The notes under the pieces are model-generated. The model was given only the letters and a program-made list of their open reading frames with translations, did not search any database and was not told the origin of the DNA. A DNA stretch of 62,836 nucleotides, filler included, from Octopus bimaculoides (taxonomy: Eukaryota), in assembly GCF_001194135.2 (NCBI RefSeq). It is 4 parts of 4 records of this genome, joined end to end, with 100 filler letters (N's around TTAATTAATTAA, not from the genome) between each part and the next. Parts side by side here need not be neighbours in the genome. Positions count along the whole stretch, not along the records: positions 1 to 15,691 come from NC_068999.1; positions 15,792 to 23,828 come from NC_068984.1; positions 23,929 to 45,421 come from NC_069008.1; 1 more part is not named here. One strand, written 5' to 3'. How positions within the stretch are numbered: position 1 is the stretch's first letter; the number at the start of each line of letters is the position of its first letter. This document shows positions 13,254 through 26,340 of this stretch, in pieces. The position numbers and the translations under genes are program-made.

Positions 13254-15735
13254 TATACATGTATGTATATGTATATATATATATATATATACTTATATAT
13301 ATATAGATGTATATGTATATGTGTATATATATATGTATATATTTATATATATAGATATATGTGCGTGTATGTGTGTATATATATACACACACACACACAC
13401 GCACACACACACNNNNNNNNNNNNNNNNNNNNNNNNNNNNNNNNNNNNNNNNNNNNNNNNNNNNNNNNNNNNNNNNNNNNNNNNNNNNNNNNNNNNNNNN
13501 NNNNNNNNNNNNTTTCTAAATGTATATTTAGAAGTTAAGACATACGATGCAAGTTCGATGGCGAACGCCACAAAAGCCAGAGAGAAACATAATTTTGATT
13601 TTTCTCCTCCGCATCCTTTTCCTTTCTTGCATTTAATTTCTTGAACGTGATAGCTTTATTTTTTCACTTGGGGAAGGCGAGGGATGTTAGCACTAAACAT
13701 TTTTACATTCGTCAACATGTCTGAATGGCATGCGAAACAAATATTTGTCAAAAACGCTGTATGTAAACGATCGGTAATATATGAAAACAATATAAACAAA
13801 AGAATGCTATTCTTTGCGCATGCGTCCATTTCACACAGACACACAGGCACACACACAGACACACAGAAACACACAGGCACATGCACATATGCACAGGCTC
13901 ATAAATATCACCAAACATAAATAATAACATGACACACACGGTTCATGAGGCCAAAATTCATACACAATGGCTAAAAAGGAAGCGCCATGTTTGAATCTCC
14001 CTCGCTCTAAATCCTTTCCTATTTTCTTTCTCTTCTTCGTTCGTGCTTTCTTCTCCGCTCTTCCCATCCTTGCTTTGTTTTCTTTCAATTTCCTCTGCCT
14101 TTCTTGCATTCCTTCTTCCTTTCCTCATTTATTTCTTATTTCTTTATTTCTAGATTTATTTATTTATTCTCATCTCTTGATNNNNNNNNNNNNNNNNNNN
14201 NNNNNNNNNNNNNNNNNNNNNNNNNNNNNNNNNNNNNNNNNNNNNNNNNNNNNNNNNNNNNNNNNNNNNNNNNNNNNNNNNNNNNNNNNNNNNNNNNNNN
14301 NNNNNNNNNNNNNNNNNNNNNNNNNNNNNNNNNNNNNNNNNNNNNNNNNNNNNNNNNNNNNNNNNNNNNNNNNNNNNNNNNNNNNNNNNNNNNNNNNNNN
14401 NNNNNNNNNNNNNNNNNNNNNNNNNNNNNNNNNNNNNNNNNNNNNNNNNNNNNNNNNNNNNNNNNNNNNNNNNNNNNNNNNNNNNNNNNNNNNNNNNNNN
14501 NNNNNNNNNNNNNNNNNNNNNNNNNNNNNNNNNNNNNNNNNNNNNNNNNNNNNNNNNNNNNNNNNNNNNNNNNNNNNNNNNNNNNNNNNNNNNNNNNNNN
14601 NNNNNNNNNNNNNNNNNNNNNNNNNNNNNNNNNNNNNNNNNNNNNNNNNNNNNNNNNNNNNNNNNNNNNNNNNNNNNNNNNNNNNNNNNNNNNNNNNNNN
14701 NNNNNNNNNNNNNNNNNNNNNNNNNNNNNNNNNNNNNNNNNNNNNNNNNNNNNNNNNNNNNNNNNNNNNNNNNNNNNNNNNNNNNNNNNNNNNNNNNNNN
14801 NNNNNNNNNNNNNNNNNNNNNNNNNNNNNNNNNNNNNNNNNNNNNNNNNNNNNNNNNNNNNNNNNNNNNNNNNNNNNNNNNNNNNNNNNNNNNNNNNNNN
14901 NNNNNNNNNNNNNNNNNNNNNNNNNNNNNNNNNNNNNNNNNNNNNNNNNNNNNNNNNNNNNNNNNNNNNNNNNNNNNNNNNNNNNNNNNNNNNNNNNNNN
15001 NNNNNNNNNNNNNNNNNNNNNNNNNNATATATATATATATATATACTACACACAAACATATCTATGAACATACGATATTCACACAGTATATAAGCATTGC
15101 ATGATATATAGATACATGGAAATACACGCACACACACATATACATACATTATTATTATAATAATATATATATATTGGTATACATATGTACACATACACAC
15201 ATATTCAATAATGTAAACATACATACGCACGTTCATACACGCGATGAGGTAGATAGACATACAGAGAGCGAGATAGATAAATAGATAGATAGCTGCAAAC
15301 GTGCTTCCATACGTATACATACACACACACATTGACACACACACGCACACACACACACACACATTCAGAGACACACATTGATACTCACATTGACACACAT
15401 ACACTCATACAGACATACACACGCACACACACACATATTCACGCGCGCACACACACAGATACACCCTGACGCACACACACACGTACACACACTATTTCTT
15501 TGCTGTTCTTTGGCTTTATTCGATTTTTTTTATTTGTAGAGTTTCTTACTTCAGACGATCGTGCAAAAGTACCGAATTTCTTCTATGCTATGACGTCATA
15601 ATTCTACACCAATGCACGGCACGCGAATATCTTAGATTTTTTTTAGATGCCCCAACAAATAAAAATGTATATAATACATGAAATAAAATAANNNNNNNNN
15701 NNNNNNNNNNNNNNNNNNNNNNNNNNNNNNNNNNN

Positions 15736-15747
15736 TTAATTAATTAA
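15736..15747. other. Assembly linker TTAATTAATTAA between N runs
   Basis: Stop codons in all six frames. Identical N-flanked copies occur at 23873-23884 and 45466-45477. Confidence 0.9.
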
Positions 15748-17530
15748 NNNNNNNNNNNNNNNNNNNNNNNNNNNNNNNNNNNNNNNNNNNNATATATACA
15801 TACATCATCATCATCGTTTAATGTCTTCCTTCCATGCTAGCATGGGTTGGATGGTTTGACAGGAGCTGGCCAAGCAGAAGACTGCACCAGACTTTTGTGT
15901 CTATTTTGGCATGGTTTTTATGACTGGATGCCCTTCCTAACACCAATCACCCTACAGAGTGAGACAAGAGCTTTTTATGTAGCACCAGCACAGGCAAGGT
16001 CATTTTTAGCATGGCTTTTACAGTTGGATGCCTTTCCAAATGCCAACCACTTTACAGTGTGGACTGGATGCTTTTTAAGTGGCACCAACACTGGTAGGGT
16101 CACCAAGTAACTTGCAAGAGTTGGAGGAAGAGTATAACAAAGGAACAGAAACAGATGTTTTGCTGTAGAGGAGGTACATGGTTACCCAGCCAGAGTGAGA
16201 GAGATAAAGAGAGAGAAAAATAGTGGGAATATTTTTTTTGTAATATCTGTGTATGAATATATTTTCTTTTGTATAATATATATTTCAATCACTAGTTTAT
16301 AATTGAAAAAATTGTTATAGCAAAAATTGTCAGAATTTTTAATGTTCAAAATGTTTTTTTAAAGAAATCATGAAAATTTGACGGGATATTCCTGACAAAA
16401 TCATAGTGAAAACTGGTTCTGACTTCCTTGTTTTCCACTTACACACGCGCGCATGCACACACACACACACACACATACATATATATATACTGAAATATAA
16501 ACACTAAAATGTATTATTAATCTATATAAACACACACCACAGATGTACGGAGACAGGAAATGATATTTTTTTATTTCCATTTATATATAAACAAAGAAGA
16601 GATGATAAGAGTGAGAGAGAAAGCAGTAGGAGTGCAAGGTAGAAAAGCAGTAAGACTGCCTCAAAGTTAAAGGTTTTTTAAAAATACTGGCAGCAAATTA
16701 AAATCAATCATATAAAAAGAAATTTCAAAATCCACATTTTGATAAAAACATATTGAAATTGAACTGAGAATTTAATAATTGCTTTCTTCAGTAAAAATTA
16801 CATAGTTCCAACTAATTAATAAGCAGAGTATAGATATTAATGACACAGTGTATTATATATGTATATTGATTAGATTTACCAAATCAGAATTTATAAACAA
16901 AAAAAAAAAAAACAGTTGAGCATTGTGAGACAAAGAAGCCAGTTGAATTACCTTAAAAATACAAAAAATAAACATACCAACTCCAGCCTGTGTTGAATAA
17001 TTTAGAGCTCATATTGAATAATTTGGAAAGTGAGTCATATAAATTTTTCCCAAATCGAAGTTTGATAAGGTGAAAAAAGTTTATTTTATAGTTCATGGTT
17101 AACAACTAGGATTGCTGTGTATGCAAATAAAAATCCAAATTCAGGGAATGGAGTAGATCAAGTCCAGACTATACACATTTTCTAGCCAGCAGAACCTCAG
17201 AAGCAACAACCACCCAAATGTGGGGCACCCCACTAGCCACTCATCAGGCCAAAGAACCTCAGTCAAATGAAGGTCAGACTGTCATCAAGGGATCACTTGT
17301 CAACTCGCAGGAGACTTGATCAAAAATGTGTGGAAAGCAGAGTGAGTGAACAAAAGGGAAAGCAGATGTGTGAAGAAACAATATATAGGAGTGGGCAAAT
17401 GTCCAAACTTGTTATGGAAAAGAACAAGAATAAGAATAAAGAAAATGAGAGGGGGAAGGGTTGGCAGAAAAAATTTGATATCGCAGAAGTTGGCTAAGGA
17501 AATGTCTTTGTGAATTCAGGCTGGGGTTAC

Positions 17531-17576
17531 TTTCTGTGTCCACAATAGAATAAGTAAACAAATACACTGTTGCACC
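17531..17576 (-). CDS. Candidate exon (GATVYLFTYSIVDTE), weakly small-GTPase-like
   Basis: ttctttgactctgaatatattttcag| acceptor and GAAA|gtaacc donor, 46 nt, inside a CpG-depleted segment. It resembles the 'GAxxxLxxYSIxDxxS' beta4 segment of Ras-family proteins (inference). No partner exons were found. Confidence 0.25.
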
Positions 17577-17794
17577 CTGAAAATATATTCAGAGTCAAAG
17601 AAAAAAAGGGGGAAGAATGTCAGGAAAGGAGAGAAAGAAAAGATATAAGTAGCAAATAAGTTAGAACTTGCAAGAAGTGGAGTAGAGAAGAAGGAGGTGG
17701 AACACAATGTTTCTGGTCAGTAGGGGAACATAGAAGTTCCAGGCAAGTTGGCAGTTCATCTCTCAAAACTACACAAGCACATGTATATATCACT

Positions 17795-18690
17795 ATCATC
17801 ATTTAACGTCCGTTGTCCATGCTGGCATGGGTTGGATGGTTTGACTGGTCTGGCATGCTGGAAGGCTGCACCAAACTCCAGTCTGATTTGGCATGGTTTT
17901 CTATGGCTGGATGCCCTTCCTAACACCAACCACACTAAGAGTGTAATGGGTGCTTTTATGTACCACAGGCACAGGTGTCATTTGCATGACACCAGGTTGC
18001 GTTTATATGCCACTGGCACAGATGCCAATTTACATGACACCAGTATCTGTCACAACTGCGATTTTGCTCGACTTGATGGGTCTTCTTCTCAAGCATGACA
18101 TAATGCCAACGGTCTTGGTTATTGCCTCCATGAGGCCCAACACTCAAAAGAAACTCAGCCACCTTACCATTGTGAGGCCCAACACTCAAAGAACTCAACC
18201 ACTTTGCCTCCATCAGGCCCAACGCTCAAGAGGAACTCAGCCACTTTGCCTCCGTGAGGCCCAAAATTCAAAAGATGTTCTTTACATGCTGCCAGCATGG
18301 GTGCACTTGGCTTGATAGGCCCTCTCAAGCACAGCACATCGCCAAAGGTCTTGATCACCAGTCATTTCCATTGTGAGGCTCAAAGTTCGAAAATCGTGCT
18401 TCACCACCTCGTTCCATGTCTTCCTGGGTCTACCTCTGCCACTGGTTCCCTCCACAATTAGAGATCAGCACTTCTTTACACAGCAGACCTCGTCCATGTG
18501 CATCACATGACCATACCGGCGCAGTCGTCTCTCTTGCACAACAGATCTGATTCCTCTTATGCCTAACTTTTTTCTGCATCTCATCTAAACTGACTCTCTA
18601 ATTTGTTGGGCTATGACCCTCTCCGTGACCTTCATTACCTGGTCCAACAACTTGATACCTCTCAACTTTGAAACTGTGACGTATTCACTG
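17795..18690 (-). mobile_element. RTE-derived non-autonomous retroposon (family C) with RT/ORF-end remnants and a (GAT)n tail
   Basis: Minus strand GIKLLDQVMKVTERVIAQQI.. joined to RRLRRYGHVMHMDE...RGRPRKTW, then a GGATGCCCTTCCTAAC-type 3'UTR motif. Related pieces: 15803-16190 (-), 48370-48890 (+), 51740-51910 (+), 53500-54012 (+), 56938-57290 (-), 57360-57720 (+). Confidence 0.85.
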
Positions 18691-19154
18691 ACAATATTCC
18701 ATGCAAAATTCAGTGAAGAGGTTGCGGTCTCAGAGCGACGAAAATAAGTACATCATCACCATATCTCCGTAATATATATATGTACATCCATATATATATA
18801 TATATATTATTTTGTTTAAAAGAGTTCCAACACTGTCTGTTTTTTATGTTTTATTTATATTCCTGCAGAACCAATGTGGGGTATAGAATATGGAATATAT
18901 ATATATATATACATATNNNNNNNNNNNNNNNNNNNNNNNNNNNNNNNNNNNNNNNNNNNNNNNNNNNNNNNNNNNNNNNNNNNNNNNNNNNNNNNNNNNN
19001 NNNNNNNNNNNNNGAAACTCGGAGTTTTATCATGGCTACCGAATAAGTGTCACATATTTTTACAGATAAATTCCTCTATTTACATAATATCGAGGTCTCT
19101 TTCTTTCTTTTGTTGTCCTTCCTATCAATATATATATGTATGTATATATATATA

Positions 19155-19175
19155 TCAATATATATAAAAGAGAGG

Positions 19176-19212
<37 letters not shown>

Positions 19213-20953
19213 TGAATGTAGTTTATGCACGTCCACAAATTAGCACGCATGTCGCTCCAATTTTAGGAGAAGATTTGGAATGACCCTATGTGCATTTCCG
19301 TCAACTTTCTCTCTCAGAGGTACCCGTGTATACCTGTAAAAATCGATAAACTTTTACCAATTTTGAAGTTTGTTGATATGGCGAAGTCACATCTGTGCGT
19401 ACGCGCATGAAGTAGAGAGAGAGATAAATTGTATGTTTGTGAGAGGGAGGGTGAAGGAGAGATACAATTTTGTTTGCCAGCGTCTAACAAAAAAAGTAGG
19501 AGAGAGCGCTATTTCTTAACAGTTGTGTGGTAAGCAGCAAAAACAACTAGCAAAAAGAAAAAAATACCTTCTCTCTCTCTCTCTCCCTCCCTTACACACA
19601 CATGCCAGTTATCTTTCTTTCTTTCTTTCTTTCTCTCTCTCCTTCTCTCACACACACAGCAACATTATACACAAAACACATGTTGCCAAAAAGAAATAGA
19701 CGCTATCTTTTTATAGTGAGTATGCGAGACAGAAAGTGTTGTGTGTATGTGAAGTTCTTTTGTTAGTGTGAGAGAGCAGCATGTGTGTGTAATGTTGCTG
19801 TGTGTGTGTGAGACAGGGAGAGAGAGAAAGAAAGAAAGAAAGAAAGAAAGAGAGATGTGTGTAAGGGNNNNNNNNNNNNNNNNNNNNNNNNNNNNNNNNN
19901 NNNNNNNNNNNNNNNNNNNNNNNNNNNNNNNNNNNNNNNNNNNNNNNNNNNNNNNNNNNNNNNNNNNNNNNNNNNNNNNNNNNNNNNNNNNNNNNNNNNN
20001 NNNNNNNNNNNNNNNNNNNNNNNNNNNNNNNNNNNNNNNNNNNNNNNNNNNNNNNNNNNNNNNNNNNNNNNNNNNNNNNNNNNNNNNNNNNNNNNNNNNN
20101 NNNNNNNNNNNNNNNNNNNNNNNNNNNNNNNNNNNNNNNNNNNNNNNNNNNNNNNNNNNNNNNNNNNNNNNNNNNNNNNNNNNNNNNNNNNNNNNNNNNN
20201 NNNNNNNNNNNNNNNNNNNNNNNNNNNNNNNNNNNNNNNNNNNNNNNNNNNNNNNNNNNNNNNNNNNNNNNNNNNNNNNNNNNNNNNNNNNNNNNNNNNN
20301 NNNNNNNNNNNNNNNNNNNNNNNNNNNNNNNNNNNNNNNNNNNNNNNNNNNNNNNNNNNNNNNNNNNNNNNNNNNNNNNNNNNNNNNNNNNNNNNNNNNN
20401 NNNNNNNNNNNNNNNNNNNNNNNNNNNNNNNNNNNNNNNNNNNNNNNNNNNNNNNNNNNNNNNNNNNNNNNNNNNNNNNNNNNNNNNNNNNNNNNNNNNN
20501 NNNNNNNNNNNNNNNNNNNNNNNNNNNNNNNNNNNNNNNNNNNNNNNNNNNNNNNNNNNNNNNNNNNNNNNNNNNNNNNNNNNNNNNNNNNNNNNNNNNN
20601 NNNNNNNNNNNNNNNNNNNNNNNNNNNNNNNNNNNNNNNNNNNNNNNNNNNNNNNNNNNNNNNNNNNNNNNNNNNNNNNNNNNNNNNNNNNNNNNNNNNN
20701 NNNNNNNNNNNNNNNNNNNNNNNNNNNNNNNNNNNNNNNNNNNNNNNNNNNNNNNNNNNNNNNNNNNNNNNNNNNNNNNNNNNNNNNNNNNNNNNNNNNN
20801 NNNNNNNNNNNNNNNNNNNNNNNNNNNNNNCCAATTGCAACACTGATTCTGCCCAAATTTGACGTCATGTTACTTAGTTTGGTTTGAAATAAAGAACTTG
20901 ATTAGCTTAATAATCCCAACTTAATCCCAGGCAAAGCCGGGCTATACTGCTAG
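19155..20953 (+). mobile_element. Non-autonomous Helitron-like element spanning a gap
   Basis: 5' TCAATATATATAAAAG, and a 3' hairpin CCCAGGC-AAA-GCCGGG followed by CTAG|T. Confidence 0.55.
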
Positions 20954-21699
20954 TATATATATGTTTATATGTCCAGTCGTTCTTGAGTGCTACTGGTACC
21001 ATGTTGTCCAATACAACCTGTTTCATGGTCGGGTCGCCAGCAAGTAATCTGGTAACCCCACCAGGCTTGCTTGGTGAGGTAGGTGCTTGTTGAACACCCT
21101 GTGGGACAAATAATAAGACTTGTCAAAGGGTGGAGGAACTACCAAGTAGTCAACGGCCATTCAACTACGTGTGTTTGTAGATTGTTTATGTGTGTGTATT
21201 GTATATATTGCATGTGAAGCTCTGTGTGTGTGTGTATTGTAAATACTGTATTTCAGCATGTGTGTGTATTGTAAATACTGTATTTCAGCATGTGTGTGTA
21301 CATATGGTATACTGCGTGTTTAAATTTTATATATTGCATGTCAGTCTTATTTTTAATTTTACTCAGTTTTTCTCTCAATTTTTAATTTGTATTTATTCCT
21401 CATATTTTAATTTTTTCCTTTTTTAATAAATAGATGATGGGTGGATAGAGCTCCTATGTCTTCCAAAGCCATGGCAAAGACAGTCTATCTAAGAGAAAGT
21501 AACTCTGAATTTAAATACTTCACTGCTGTCTTGTAGTTAGCCTTTGGTTGAGCAAAGACTGGGAGAAGGACATACTAATAGAAAACCCGAGACTGCAAAT
21601 GCATCCAATGATGTCGACTTACGGATCATGCTTTGTAGTTTAAAGAGTGGGAATGATTACTGTGCAAAACTTTTCCTCACTTTAAAAAGTGTCAAGTAC

Positions 21700-23828
21700 A
21701 GAAATTAGTGGAGAGGAAAAAGAAATGGACATTTTGTATGTACATGGCTGGCTGAAGCTTAAAAAGGCACATCTAAACAATGGAAGTTCATATTGATAAT
21801 GAAGTAAATGGCAAAAAGGGCTCTGGAACATTTTATTCTGTGGTCTGGCCCGGCAGGTGTCCCAAGACACCACAGCCTGGATCTGGTCATTATCCTGCAA
21901 CTGTGAGTAAATTCAAGTCAAGATGCAAGCCTATGAATATAGGATGTTGGAATGTTGGAATGTTATTAGACAATGATTGTCTGAAATCTCATCCAGAGAG
22001 AAGATCCGCGCTTGTTGCAAAAGAGTTACAGTGATATGACATGGATGTTGTGGCATTAGCCAAAACAAGAATTCATGGAAAGGGGAATTTCATAGAGAAA
22101 TCTACTGGGTATCATTTCTTTTGGAGTGGTAGAGAGGAGACCTATAAGAGGCAAAACCACTTATAAGAAAGAGTGTACAAGATTTGTAGTAACATTCTCG
22201 GTTTTGTTGTAAAAAAACCCACCAAGATTGGTTTGTCAATAATGATGAAGAAGTTAATCTTATCTTAGAAGAAACGAAAGGTATTTAACATGAGGCAAAA
22301 TGTTGACATATCAATGAACAGGACAGTGGCTACATATTTCAAGGCAGTAAAGGCAACAGTGCAGAGGAAGCTACGGATGATGCAGGAAAATTGGTGGAGT
22401 GATAGATGCAATGAAATCCAAGCTTCAAATGCTAACAATTCCAAACTTTTTTACTCTCTCTTGAACAACGTTTGTGGACCAGTTTCATCAAAGGTGCGCC
22501 ACTTTGGAGCAAGGATGGCACAGAATTATTAAGAAATCCTAAAGATACTGTTGGGAGATGGAAAGAACATTTTCATGAGTTGCTCAATAGACCCACTGAA
22601 GTTGACCTCTCTTTTCTTGATAATATACCCGAGAGACCAATAAAACATCTTATAGCAGCAATCAGGAAATTCGGTAGGCTTTTTAGGCATCTATGGAAAC
22701 AACATAATATATCTTCACAAATTAAAGTTAAGGTATATAACACATGTGTCCTCCCATCTTTGCTATATGGAAGTGAGGCATGGGTTGTTTACCATAGGCA
22801 GGTAAGGCAATTGCAACGATTTCATCAATACAGTCTGAGAAAAATTTTGGATAAACTGGAAAATGGCCATTAGTAAAATGGAGGTGATTAAGAGGAGTGG
22901 CAGTAGAAGTATAGAGTCAATGATTTTGCAAAGACGTTTGANNNNNNNNNNGATGAGCGACTGCCCAAGCAGCTATTGTCTGGTGAACAGGAAGATGGCA
23001 GGAAACCAGCGCATAAACCTAAACTAAGGTTTAAGGATTGCCTTAAAAATGCTCTAATACAGACAAGAATTGCAGCTGGTAATTGGGAGAGGGAGGCACA
23101 AGACCGTAATGGATGGAGGAAGATAGTGCATAATGGTTGTTCAAGGTTTGAGAAGGTGAGGGTGAAGTATGAGAGAATTAGGAGGGGGCTTAGAAGGGAG
23201 GAACCTGTGGAAAGTGAGAGAGTGTTGCTTTTTATGTGTGTAGTTTGTGGGGGGAGGTGTTTGAGTCATGCAAGCCTGGTGAGCCATCAAAATTCTCATA
23301 GAAATCGACCCATGATAAACAATGATGTGGCTATTAAAATTCATAACAGAACATGTGTAAAATGTGGAAGAGTGTGCCTCTCAATTGGAGGGCTAAAAAG
23401 ACATGTTAACCCTTTCGTTACCAACCTGGCCAAAACCGGCTCTGGCTCTGTAGTACAAATGTCTTGTTTTCATAAGTTCTGAATTAAAATTTTCTACCAA
23501 ACCTTAGTCACAATTAATGTTCCTAACACTAGCTTAATGATAACTAAGTTATTTTACTAAATTCTTTGTTATATTTAGAATTAATTGAAAGAAACACAGA
23601 GCATCTCAACAGAAATATGGTAACAAAAGGGTTAAGAGAGTGTATATGGTGGCACCTGCTTCTCCTGCCAGCCAGCACAGTTGTCTAGTATGTAATAAAA
23701 TGTGTAAAAGTCTGGCCAGGCTTAAAAGTCATATAAGGGCATCACATGGCAACAATTATGAATCATTTCAGTAAGTCTTCTTGGCAATGGCTTTTCTCAT
23801 GTAACGAGGATGCAGCTGTGCGTGTGAT
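21700..23828 (+). mobile_element. RTE-clade LINE relic, internally deleted, with three C-terminal C2H2 zinc fingers
   Basis: APE N-terminus MNIGCWNV...PERRSALVAKEL (21930-22130), HQDWF...RWKEHFHELLNRP linker, post-RT KVYNTCVLPSLLYGSEAW...RFHQYSLRKIL, DERLPKQLL...GRKP..KPKLRFKD, then three CxxC...H motifs. It carries stops and frameshifts, and the RT core is deleted. Confidence 0.9.
23410..23631. mobile_element. piggyBac-type MITE (222 bp) inserted in the RTE ORF
   Basis: TTAA|CCCTTTCGTTACCA...TGGTAACAAAAGGG|TTAA, with TTAA TSDs at 23406-23409 and 23632-23635. Confidence 0.9.
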
Positions 23829-24220
23829 NNNNNNNNNNNNNNNNNNNNNNNNNNNNNNNNNNNNNNNNNNNNTTAATTAATTAANNNNNNNNNNNNNNNN
23901 NNNNNNNNNNNNNNNNNNNNNNNNNNNNGTAGAATAATTGTTCTATTAAAAATATATATAAAAATATATGTAAATATGTATAAGTATAAATTTATAATAA
24001 TAATAATAATAAATATGACAGTTTAAAAGTTTTGAATTAAGTTTTAAAGCATCTTACGATCGTTTTGCAGAAGTGCTGTCCTAATGATGGAATCCTATAT
24101 TGATAAACATTTATAGCCAATTCTTCTGCTCTTCAGAGATATAAACTTTGAATTTTGTATAATTTATCGAATGGTAGTCTTTTAAAAAATATGAATATGA
24201 TAAAAAGGTGTATGTATGTA

Positions 24221-24256
<36 letters not shown>

Positions 24257-24826
24257 TTTGTGTCTGTGTTTGTCCCACACCACCACTTAACAACCGATGT
24301 TGGTATGTTTTCGTCTCTGTAACCTAGTGGTCTGGCAAAAGAGACTGACGGGCTGACTAGGCTTAAAAGAAAACAACTCCTGGTTTCGATTTGTTCGACT
24401 AAAACACTTAATGATGGTGCCCCAGCATGGCCGCGATCAACTGACCGGAACAAATAAATGATAAAAGAGATATATGTATGCATTTTACTTTAGTATACAA
24501 AAGTCTGCACTTCAGGCGTTTTTACACTTTAATATAAAGTGTTGTGCTTCAATTTCGTGCGCGCGTGTGTGTGTGTGTGTTGCTGCGCGTACGTACATAC
24601 GTTTATGCATTCCATTTGTATGTGCCTCTGTGTGTTTATGCATTCCATTTGTGTGTACCTGTGTCGGGCCCGTGAGGAGTCTCTAGAACGTTTTGCTATA
24701 TGTATTCGAAGGTTTCTATCTCTCTCTCTCTCCCTCTCTCTTTAACTATTTGAAGTCTTCTTGTCAGGAGGAAGTTAGTTTCTAACATACGGTACAAAGT
24801 TTCATCATTGAATGTTGGTTACAATA

Positions 24827-25085
24827 TCACATGTTGACCTTCAGAAAGGTCTCACATATTTTTACTATTCCGCTTACACATTGTATTCGTAATGTGTATG
24901 TTATATAGTCGGTATCCTTTTCTGAAAACTTTGTCCTATCCACATTGTCATTTTGGCATTTACTCTCAAAACCAAGTTCAATTATTATTGGCATAAATGT
25001 GAATTTATAATCTGGATACAAAAGTTTGAAGTTTTGAAGCAGTTGTCCATAGCTCTCTTCTGTCTCTTTGATTTTTGAAGAGATA
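24827..25085 (-). mobile_element. C-terminal restriction-like endonuclease fragment of an RLE-type non-LTR retrotransposon
   Basis: K.KE...Y..LLQNFKLLYPDYKFTFMPIII...SGIVKICETFLK resembles the ends of R2/NeSL/R4-group ORFs (recalled). Confidence 0.65.
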
Positions 25086-25229
25086 TTCACGTCTACTGAG
25101 CAGCTGACCTCTATGACAGTACATACTTTTTTTCCTATCTATCCTAGATAGCTATATCCAGTCTTTTATGTACGTACGTATGTATGTATGTTTATTTAAT
25201 TTATTTTTTATTTTTTATATGTTTTTATT

Positions 25230-25855
25230 CGGAAGTCTTGCGGCGATGGGAATGAAACGAAGCATGCTGAGCTGACGGGTTGGAAGCATATAGTCACCGA
25301 CCTGCACGTAGGCTACCTAAGTTAGATATAAAGCCGTCTCCTTGTCGCCCAAGACCATCAATGGGATTCGGTTGCTGCATGGGTGTCTGAGCAGTTCCAT
25401 TTGGGGATGGCACTGCTCACCCGGAGGCTGGGAAGGTTCTAGAAAAGGTGAACCAAAGATTGCTTGTCTTTCTCTATTTGGTCAGTTGAGCGCGACTGGC
25501 GGATATCCAACCTGCGCTCGAAAAGCAAAGAAAATACTTATAAAATCTGGTTGGAACTTGAATATTTTGTGTTGGAATGTGCACACTCTGTGGAATAAGA
25601 GTGACTGTGGGCCTGAAAGACGCACTGCACTTATTGCTCGTGGGCTGAACTGTTTTAACATTGATATATCTGCACTTTCAGAGACTCGTGTAGAAGGTGA
25701 TGGTCAGCTTGAGGAAGTAGGAGGTGGATACACCATTTTTTTTTTTTTTTTTGGAAGGGGAAACCGAAGGAGGAGCACAGAGAGGTTGGTGTTGGTTTTG
25801 CAGTTCGATCTGAAATCCTTAAGAAGTTGGAGGAGCTCCCTGTTCCTATAAACCG
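25230..25855 (+). mobile_element. RTE/BovB-like LINE, 5'UTR and APE N-terminus
   Basis: LNILCWNVHTL...PERRTALIARGLNCFNIDISALSETRVEGDGQLEEVGGGYTIF, frameshift in poly-T, then WKGKPKEEHREVGVGFAVRSEILKKLEELP. Confidence 0.9.
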
Positions 25856-26340
25856 TTGGTTTCCAAACTGGCGATTTTAAGGCGAAGGGGTCACCATTTT
25901 TCAGAGTTCTAATGTTCAAAACCCAAGGTTTTCCAGTTTTAGCTAAAACTGGAACCATTGAACATCCACGCACTACACAGAACCCCTAATTTACGTGTTA
26001 AAGAAAAAACCTTACAAATAGAATGCATTTGAAGCGACGCGCGTAGGTCATACGCACACACGTACTTGAATGTAGGCGTCTCTCTGCAGATTTATCGATT
26101 GGTGCGGGGGTATGGGCTCAAAAAGTCTAAACAGGATTGAAAATTAGCGGTGTAACAGCCCAGAATATACCCCTGCCCAGGCTATACTTGGGGCTAGTCT
26201 GGACTAACTCAGACTATATCCCATCCAGTTAACCAGGCCAGAATTTACTCCTGTCTAGACTGTACCCCATGCTTGCAGACAAATAACACAGATGTACCTC
26301 ACTTATAAAAGTTGCCTCAGAACATACAAAAAATTTGATA

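Noticed and set aside
15736-15747. TTAATTAATTAA as a biological motif (PacI or piggyBac site)
   Set aside because: It is always centred between equal N runs, so it is an assembly linker.
22976-23482. Host C2H2 zinc-finger gene
   Set aside because: The fingers are in frame with RTE ORF-end motifs, so this is a LINE rather than a host gene.
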